DNA of 64,000 nt from Flavobacteriales bacterium (lineage in GTDB: Bacteria; Bacteroidota; Bacteroidia; Palsa-965): contig JBEIPA010000021.1 of NCBI GenBank assembly GCA_040377305.1, forward strand, positions 27,944-91,943, read 5' to 3'. Under the pieces are notes generated by a model that was not told where the DNA came from, searched no databases, and saw only the letters and a list, made by a program, of their open reading frames with translations. Positions 57,287 to 64,000 of the stretch are shown piece by piece (position 1 is the first letter of the stretch; every line of letters starts with the position of its first letter). The position numbers were made by a program, and so were the translations under genes.

Positions 57287-60259
57287 ATGAAAACTTTTCT
57301 TCTTTCCGTCTTGGTATGCTCTGGTGTTTTTTCGCTCGCGCAGAATTCATCCGGCATTCAGGAACAATCGTTGCATTACCGTGGAATGGGTGCGCACGCT
57401 GAAGCATATTGGGATAGCATTCGTATTTCGGAGGGTGCTCCGGCGAATGTGCAAGCAGTGAATACCGTACAGGGTTCTTGTACGCTGAACAAACGTGTTT
57501 TTGGTTGGCATCCGTATTGGGTAGGAACGGTGTACAACAATTACCAATGGAATCTGCTCAGCGATTTGTGCTACTTCGATTATGATGTAAGTCCGAATAC
57601 TGGCAACAACGTCAATTCAAGTTATGCGTGGCTTACGAGTGGTGCAGTGACCGCTGCAATCAACAATGGAGTAGATGTTCACATTTGCGCAACTTTATTT
57701 TCGAGTCATTCTACTTTTCTGGCGAGTTCAACCGCTCAGCAAACGTTCATTAATAATATCATTTCCGATTTGCAGACACGCGGCGGCAAAGGCGTGAACA
57801 TTGATTTCGAAGGAATGGGTGCTGCAAACAGTGCACCCTTCACCGCGTTCATTCAGAACCTGAGTACTCAGCTGCATGCCGCAATTCCGGGATCTGAATT
57901 AAGTATGGCGCTGTACGCTGTTGATTGGAGCAATGTGTTTGACATTCCTAATCTCACGCCGTATGTAGATATCTTCATCATCATGGGCTACGATTATTAC
58001 TGGTCGGGAAGCACAACTGCAGGTCCGGATGATCCATTGTACAATTTCCAAACGAGCTACAATTATACGTTAACCCGCTCCATCACATTTTATCTTGCTC
58101 AGGGAATGCCGAGTAATAAATTACTACTTGGTCTGCCTTATTACGGGAGAGAATGGGAGACCGTTGGTAGTACAATTCCTTCTGCAACAACCGGTAATTT
58201 TTCTTCGTCGCGTACATTCAACGTGATCATGAATAATGCGAATGGATATTATAGCACTCCGCAATATGATCCTGTAAGTTTCACGCCGTATTATTCATTC
58301 CAGGTAGGTCCTGCATGGCGCCAATGTTTCTGGGAGAATACGTACAGTATGAAACGGAGATTTGATATTGTGAATCAACGTAACCTCGGTGGAATAGGAA
58401 TCTGGGCATTAGGTTACGATGATGGTTACACCGAATACTGGGATGCCATCAGCGAACGCTTTTCGAATTGTGCAACCGTTCCCTGCTCCGATACAATCTG
58501 GGATATGGGCGGACCTTCGCGTAACTATTACAACGATGAAGATTACGTGACTACCATTGCTCCGGACAATGCGACACAAGTAACCTTGTCGTTCTCCCAA
58601 TTCAATATGGAACTGAATTACGATTCGTTGTATATCTACGACGGACCCGATGATACTTATCCTTTGATCGGATCATACACCGGAACAAATTCTCCGGGCA
58701 CAATTACTTCGACTGGTCCATCACTTGCCATAAAGGTTCACACCGATGGTAATACAGTGGCATCCGGTTTCACAGCGATATGGTCTTGTGCAATTGACAA
58801 TATCGCTCCAACTACGTCTGTGAATGTGCTGCCTGCATGGGTTACTCAGAATTTTCAGGCATCGTTCACGGATTCGGATATCGGATCGGGCGTCGAAAAA
58901 AGTTATTACCAGGTAGATGATTTCGACGGAACAGAATGGAGAGCAAATCCGGCACGAGGATTTTTCAATGACGATTTTGTTGGAACTACCATTCACCCGG
59001 ATTGGACACCGTATCAGGGAACGTGGACTGTGAATGCAGGTGTGCTCGATCAGACTGATGAATTGAATGCGAATACAAGTTTGTCTGCACCACTCGTACA
59101 GAATCTTTCAAATCGTTACTTGTATAATTGGCAAGGTGCAATTGACGGAACAGGGAATAATCGCAGAGCCGGATTGCATTTCTTCTCAGATAGCGCTTCA
59201 CTACCGAATCGTGGCAATGGATATTTCGTGTGGTTCCGTGTCGATCAGAGTCAGCTGCAGTTTTACGAAGTAACAAATGATGTGTTCACGCTTCAGGCAA
59301 CTTTTCCAATGACGATTAATGCAGGGCAGTGGTACGATTGGAAGGTTATTTATGATCGCATCACGGGAACAATGGAGGTATATCAGGACGGTGTTTTCAT
59401 TGGCTCATGGACCGACCAGACTCCGTATTCCAATGGAAATTGTATTTCATTGCGAAGTGGTGATGCAGCATGGCATGTCGCATCATTTAATGTATTCCGT
59501 TCACGATTTACAAACGGAACTGTGAATGTTACAGTAGGCAACTGTCCGGGTTGCGATGTGCGTCACGAGAATACAAATCCTACGCTACCTGCAGGGATGA
59601 TACGTTCTATCAATCGTGACAGTGCCCGGCTATTCTCGTCGCTGGATGAAGAATATTTCAACGTCGATTGGACATATGCAATTGCATCGATGCCATGGGA
59701 TGGAAATGCAGCAGACATTGATACAACCACAAATCTTTCGCTGATCGAAGGAAACTGGAGTGCAGCCGTTGATACCAATTCTGATGTTGCAAGTTACTGG
59801 TACTGTATCGGCACAACGCCCGGTGATTCCGATTTTGTCGCATGGCAGAATAACGGACTGAACACGTTGTTCGCAGTTCCAATACTTCTCACACCGGGAC
59901 AATGGTATTACATTAGTTTGCGCGTGGAGAACGGCGCTGGTTTGATCACTCCAATTGATACCAGCGACGGACAAGTTGCCGATTTAGGTATGGGAATAGC
60001 TGAGCAAATGAACAGCTGGAGTATTTATCCGAATCCCGCACAAAATGAAATTGTGTTGAACGGAAGTGGTACATCATTGATTGAGCAGGTCGATATTTAT
60101 GACTCAAACGGAAAACTGGCATTATCTCTGCAACCATCACAAAACGGCACCGTGAATGCACCAGTCCGTATTAACATCGCAACATTGGCAGCAGGACGGT
60201 ACACACTCGTGATCAATAGCGGAGGTGTACCGGCAGTCACAACTTTCATCAAACAGTAA
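57287..60259 (+). CDS. GH18-family hydrolase with CUB domain and T9SS type A domain
   Basis: GVNIDFE, IMGYDY, LLGLPYYG, GGIGIWALGYD; CUB FNMELNYDSLYIYDG; IYPNPA...GRYTLVI...TFIKQ. Confidence 0.88.
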   Translation: MKTFLLSVLVCSGVFSLAQNSSGIQEQSLHYRGMGAHAEAYWDSIRISEGAPANVQAVNTVQGSCTLNKRVFGWHPYWVGTVYNNYQWNLLSDLCYFDYDVSPNTGNNVNSSYAWLTSGAVTAAINNGVDVHICATLFSSHSTFLASSTAQQTFINNIISDLQTRGGKGVNIDFEGMGAANSAPFTAFIQNLSTQLHAAIPGSELSMALYAVDWSNVFDIPNLTPYVDIFIIMGYDYYWSGSTTAGPDDPLYNFQTSYNYTLTRSITFYLAQGMPSNKLLLGLPYYGREWETVGSTIPSATTGNFSSSRTFNVIMNNANGYYSTPQYDPVSFTPYYSFQVGPAWRQCFWENTYSMKRRFDIVNQRNLGGIGIWALGYDDGYTEYWDAISERFSNCATVPCSDTIWDMGGPSRNYYNDEDYVTTIAPDNATQVTLSFSQFNMELNYDSLYIYDGPDDTYPLIGSYTGTNSPGTITSTGPSLAIKVHTDGNTVASGFTAIWSCAIDNIAPTTSVNVLPAWVTQNFQASFTDSDIGSGVEKSYYQVDDFDGTEWRANPARGFFNDDFVGTTIHPDWTPYQGTWTVNAGVLDQTDELNANTSLSAPLVQNLSNRYLYNWQGAIDGTGNNRRAGLHFFSDSASLPNRGNGYFVWFRVDQSQLQFYEVTNDVFTLQATFPMTINAGQWYDWKVIYDRITGTMEVYQDGVFIGSWTDQTPYSNGNCISLRSGDAAWHVASFNVFRSRFTNGTVNVTVGNCPGCDVRHENTNPTLPAGMIRSINRDSARLFSSLDEEYFNVDWTYAIASMPWDGNAADIDTTTNLSLIEGNWSAAVDTNSDVASYWYCIGTTPGDSDFVAWQNNGLNTLFAVPILLTPGQWYYISLRVENGAGLITPIDTSDGQVADLGMGIAEQMNSWSIYPNPAQNEIVLNGSGTSLIEQVDIYDSNGKLALSLQPSQNGTVNAPVRINIATLAAGRYTLVINSGGVPAVTTFIKQ

Positions 60260-61137
60260 TGCGCAGAATTCTCACCGGAATTTTCATCACACTTGGAATT
60301 GCTGTTTTTGCACAGCCATCTCTTCCTGTTAATCCGTGGGAGTCTGTAGCGCCAGATGGTTCTCAAATTTTCACTGATGTACGTGAAGCTTCTAAAAACG
60401 CATCGGCGGCATACCGAATGGAAATTTCAGGTCCGGAACAGTTTCTCGACAAGAAGTTTGCATCGAAAGTTGTTGCACTTCAATCGCTCATGGCTTTACG
60501 CATGAAGGACAACGGATTGACGAGTTTTCCCTCGGCAATGTTGTCTCTGCATGCACTGGTGTATTTATCCAGTAGCGGAAATGCATTCACGTCATTACCC
60601 GATTCGTTGGGAATGTTGGGCAACCTCAAATTTCTCGAGATGCATCAGGCGAACTTCGATACCATTCCGGAAGGCATTTACGGTCTACCACGTTTGCAGT
60701 CGCTGACTATCGGAAATAACAAAGACACGATTTGTTTTACGAGTTCAGTGAAATTTTTCAAGCGTTCACTCGTTGAGCTTCGGTTGTACAATACGTTGTT
60801 AGATACGTTGCCAGCAGAGTTCAGCGAGATGCATTCATTATCGAAATTAGTGATGTACAAGTGTAAGCTCACGGAAATTCCTGAACCGGTAATCAATCTC
60901 GCAAAGTTGAGCGAACTATGGCTCGACAGCAATTCGATTACAAGCATTCCGCATTCAATCGGAAAGATGGAGGCGCTTACGTATTTGTCGCTACGCGGAA
61001 ACCGTATTACGAAGGTTACGAGCAGCATTTGTTTCCTGAAAAATCTTGTGGTGCTCGACCTGCGCGGAAATCCCATGGATCCGTATGAGGTGAATGTGGT
61101 TCAGGCTTTACTACCCAATACGAGAGTTCTGTTCTAA
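60259..61137 (+). CDS. Leucine-rich repeat exported protein
   Basis: LxxLxLxxNxI/LxxxP repeats; signal peptide. Confidence 0.9.
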   Translation: MRRILTGIFITLGIAVFAQPSLPVNPWESVAPDGSQIFTDVREASKNASAAYRMEISGPEQFLDKKFASKVVALQSLMALRMKDNGLTSFPSAMLSLHALVYLSSSGNAFTSLPDSLGMLGNLKFLEMHQANFDTIPEGIYGLPRLQSLTIGNNKDTICFTSSVKFFKRSLVELRLYNTLLDTLPAEFSEMHSLSKLVMYKCKLTEIPEPVINLAKLSELWLDSNSITSIPHSIGKMEALTYLSLRGNRITKVTSSICFLKNLVVLDLRGNPMDPYEVNVVQALLPNTRVLF

Positions 61138-61138
61138 C

Positions 61139-61336
61139 ATGCCTGCGGCGCTTTACACGGCGACGCGACGAAACGGAGCCCGTTGTTTCCTGAAATGCAC
61201 CCACGGGGCTCGGAGAATCGCTTCGCGATCATGAACTGTAGCCACCATGATCGCGAAGCGATTCTCCGTTTCTCGTGTGAAGCAATTACGCCGTTTCTCC
61301 GAATCTCTGCGTCTCCGTGTAAAGCGCCGCAGGCAT
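61139..61336. repeat. 198-bp nested inverted-repeat element (MITE/REPIN-like or structured RNA)
   Basis: Perfect 22-bp terminal IR (61139-61160 / 61315-61336) and perfect 23-bp internal stem (61211-61233 / 61246-61268). Confidence 0.85.
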
Positions 61337-61343
61337 AAACAAC

Positions 61344-61351
61344 TACCTTTG
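61344..61351 (+). promoter_or_regulatory. Bacteroidota -7 box TACCTTTG
   Basis: 4 nt before the GTG of the pseudouridine synthase gene. Confidence 0.6.
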
Positions 61352-61355
61352 CACC

Positions 61356-62405
61356 GTGAATACCGAAGAACTTACCGATTCCTCCGAGCAGGAATTATTT
61401 GAACACCACCGCATCGTAGTTGATGCCGGTCAGCAAATGTTGCGTATCGATAAATTCCTCCAGCTAAAACTGGGTGGACATATTTCGCGTACCAAGATTC
61501 AGGCTGGAGCAGAAGCAGGCAATCTGATTGTCAATGACAAAGCGGTTAAGTCGAGCTACAAAGTAAAAGGTGGCGATGTAATTTCAATTCTATTGCCTGA
61601 ACCGAAGCGTGAGTTTGAACTCATCGCGGAAGACATCAAGTTCAGGATAGACTACGAGGATGATGATCTGCTGATCGTAAACAAGCATCCCGGATTGGTT
61701 GTGCATCCGGGATTCGGAAACTTCACAGGTACATTGGTGAACGGATTGCTTTGGCACTTCAAAAATCTGCCTAAGAATTCGGATCAACGGCCGGGGTTAG
61801 TACATCGCTTAGATAAAGACACTTCGGGATTGATGGTGATTGCGAAGACAGAATATTCACTCGCATTTTTGGCAAAACAATTTTTCGAGCGCACAAACGA
61901 TCGTCGTTATCTCGCATTGGTTTGGGGCGACTTCACAGAAGATTCAGGAACGATCACTGGGAATATCGGACGTAGCTTAAAAGATCGTCGCATGCAGGAA
62001 GTATTTCCCGATGGAGATCAAGGCAAGCACGCTGTAACGCACTGGAAAGTTGTAGAGCGGTTTGGTTACGTGACTTTGGTGGAGTGTAAACTTGAAACCG
62101 GTCGCACGCATCAGATTCGCGTTCACATGAAACTGATCGGACATCCGCTGTTCAATGATTCTACATACGGTGGAGATTCAATTCGCAAAGGACCCGTGTT
62201 TACGAAGTACAAGCAATTCGTAGAAAACTGTTTCGCATTGTGTCCGCGTCAGGCTTTGCACGCACGATCACTTTCACTGACTCATCCGACAACGAAAAAA
62301 TGGGTAGAGTATACTTCGGAATTGCCGGATGATATGCGCCTGGTGATTGAGAAGTGGAGACACTACGTGGGTCAACGACCACTTGGCGGAGAAGTACAAG
62401 AGTAA
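61356..62405 (+). CDS. rluD: RluA-family pseudouridine synthase with S4 domain (RluD type)
   Basis: RIDKFL, NKHPGLVVHPG, HRLDKDTSG, LETGRTHQIRVH, RQALHA. Confidence 0.92.
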   Translation: MNTEELTDSSEQELFEHHRIVVDAGQQMLRIDKFLQLKLGGHISRTKIQAGAEAGNLIVNDKAVKSSYKVKGGDVISILLPEPKREFELIAEDIKFRIDYEDDDLLIVNKHPGLVVHPGFGNFTGTLVNGLLWHFKNLPKNSDQRPGLVHRLDKDTSGLMVIAKTEYSLAFLAKQFFERTNDRRYLALVWGDFTEDSGTITGNIGRSLKDRRMQEVFPDGDQGKHAVTHWKVVERFGYVTLVECKLETGRTHQIRVHMKLIGHPLFNDSTYGGDSIRKGPVFTKYKQFVENCFALCPRQALHARSLSLTHPTTKKWVEYTSELPDDMRLVIEKWRHYVGQRPLGGEVQE

Positions 62406-62416
62406 GTCATTACTAC

Positions 62417-62461
62417 AAAACAAAAACAGGACAAGTCTTTCGATTGTCCTGTTTTTGTTTT
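62417..62461. terminator. Bidirectional terminator
   Basis: AAAACAAAAACAGGACAA-loop-TTGTCCTGTTTTTGTTTT between convergent genes. Confidence 0.85.
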
Positions 62462-62475
62462 AGAAGAGTAAGTGT

Positions 62476-63834
62476 CTACTGTGCGTTACTGATAATGAAA
62501 CTGAAATCAGATTTGATTCCTGCCGACTTAGCAATGAAGTGACAACCCATGCAACTTGAGCTTACTCCAGGAGCAAAAGGATGGTATAGTGAATCCTGAT
62601 AATACTGCTGGTCTTCCTGCAAAGGGAATCCACCGTAGTATGGAGGATTTTGTCCCTGGAGATAAGTTTCCTGTACAGAGTTAGCCAGGAATTGCGGTGC
62701 CATGTCTTCAAAGAATAACCATTGCGTGCTGATGAGCTGATAGTTTGTCCAAACAGAGCCCGTGAGCAATCCCTGAAAGTATGTATTGATCCCGGTGACA
62801 TCTGCATCAGCAACTGCATTCACGCGTGTAACCTGAGTTGGTGCGTGTGCGGGCGAGCCATTTGGATTCAGTTCAATTTCGCTGCCGGTGATTTGAGCGT
62901 TCGGCGTGCAAGTATCACAGGCAGGATTGAAAAATGATTTGGTCAGATTGTCAACTTGCTCGAATGTTGACCATACCCAATTTTTCTGCGATGCAGTTTT
63001 GTGTGCGATATGCAGACCAACTAATCCAAGCGTAACAGGATTGGGTCCCGGGCTAGGATCAAGAGCGTCATCATTGTACACAATGGCCTGAATCGTGTAG
63101 AAGCGCGACGGATCATCGTTGTCACCGATCACTTTCCACGCAGCTTTGATTTCAATTGCTCCCATAGGACCATATTGAGTTGGACCGGCAGGGAAATCAA
63201 ATGCGCCGCCACCCGATGCGAATGTTTGCTGTCCACTTTTATTCCACAGCGTATTTGTCGTGATGTAATTGTATTCATCATAGTTCATTCGTACTTCATA
63301 GCGAACAAAGCGACCGTTTTGATCAACGAGTGGGCCACCTGAAGCCTGATCCAAACCTTCGGGCGATTTCGAAGACTGATGAATGAAGCGATTTATGCCA
63401 TGCTGCTTTCCGAGTGCCAGAACATTTGCAGGAACATGTTTGAATGCCGCTTCTGTATTGCCTGTGCACCATGCTGTGGGTTGACTTCCCGGTGCAACAA
63501 AAACCTGATCGTCGGTTAGGTAAGTTTCCCAAACTACCGGACCGTCTCCGGAGAGAATAGAGGCAGTGGTGTCTGGTCCGCAGGTGTTCTGGTCCGCTGG
63601 CCAGTTCAAGGCAATGAATGAAAGCCAGGAGAATGTGTCTGCAGAAGCTTGCGTGAGCACCGTAAAGTCTGTTGGTGCCAATGCATAGCTGCTATTGATT
63701 GCGGTCGTGTGCAATGAATCGCCTGCGAGTGAGTCGCCCTTGGGATTACCTGAACTACATCCGGATGTTGATAGGAATAGTGTGGATAGAACAACGGCAG
63801 CAGCGCCCGTGAGCACGAGGATGGTTTTTTTCAT
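62476..63834 (-). CDS. Uncharacterised lipoprotein with C-terminal CxxCH (putative c-type cytochrome)
   Basis: Lipobox-like STSGC; SCMGCH near the C-terminus. Confidence 0.75.
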   Translation of the reverse strand: MKKTILVLTGAAAVVLSTLFLSTSGCSSGNPKGDSLAGDSLHTTAINSSYALAPTDFTVLTQASADTFSWLSFIALNWPADQNTCGPDTTASILSGDGPVVWETYLTDDQVFVAPGSQPTAWCTGNTEAAFKHVPANVLALGKQHGINRFIHQSSKSPEGLDQASGGPLVDQNGRFVRYEVRMNYDEYNYITTNTLWNKSGQQTFASGGGAFDFPAGPTQYGPMGAIEIKAAWKVIGDNDDPSRFYTIQAIVYNDDALDPSPGPNPVTLGLVGLHIAHKTASQKNWVWSTFEQVDNLTKSFFNPACDTCTPNAQITGSEIELNPNGSPAHAPTQVTRVNAVADADVTGINTYFQGLLTGSVWTNYQLISTQWLFFEDMAPQFLANSVQETYLQGQNPPYYGGFPLQEDQQYYQDSLYHPFAPGVSSSCMGCHFIAKSAGIKSDFSFIISNAQ

Positions 63835-64000
63835 GGGTGAGTTTGATTGGTTAGCTCAGCCAAGATAGCATTATTTTCAAAAAACTCAAGAATAGTTGAT
63901 GGTAATGTAATTCCGTTAGATCATATACCGATTGATATGACTAAAACCGTCGTTTTCCTGTGGAATTCTTAGGGCGTCGTTGTTTTCTTCACTTCTTCTC

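Noticed and set aside
63969-64000. Possible 3' end of a minus-strand CDS (EEVKKTTTP*)
   Set aside because: Too little sequence at the window edge to support a call.

Overview
Bacteroidota chromosome segment. Evidence: five T9SS-type C-terminal sorting domains, TAnnTTTG -7 promoter boxes, and a ribD-DMT-yigZ-thioesterase-dnaA-LMW-PTP-methyltransferase neighbourhood. It holds about 50 CDS, and I saw no rRNA, tRNA, CRISPR array, transposase or integrase. Main blocks: an arsenic-resistance operon (arsR, DUF6428-like gene, arsC, aquaporin); two related GAF/PAS histidine-kinase cassettes; glycan hydrolases (GH2, GH20, GH18); mntR-mntH; dnaA and housekeeping genes (ribD, miaA, arfB, RluD-type synthase). 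Most notable observations: (1) an unannotated 28-aa, 7-Cys peptide ORF inside the ars operon, with its own ArsR-box-like site; (2) a histidine kinase whose entire input region is 14 exact-length 21-aa coiled-coil repeats, heading a four-gene relay; (3) a SET-domain protein with an acidic then Lys-rich tail; (4) a 198-bp nested inverted-repeat element; (5) a recurring class of intergenic short-repeat arrays facing an inverted array; (6) a shared ECF-like promoter motif and a shared 5' leader motif; (7) a frameshifted paralog remnant and an in-frame PAS deletion. All family calls come from motif recognition by eye. No database search or computation was run.
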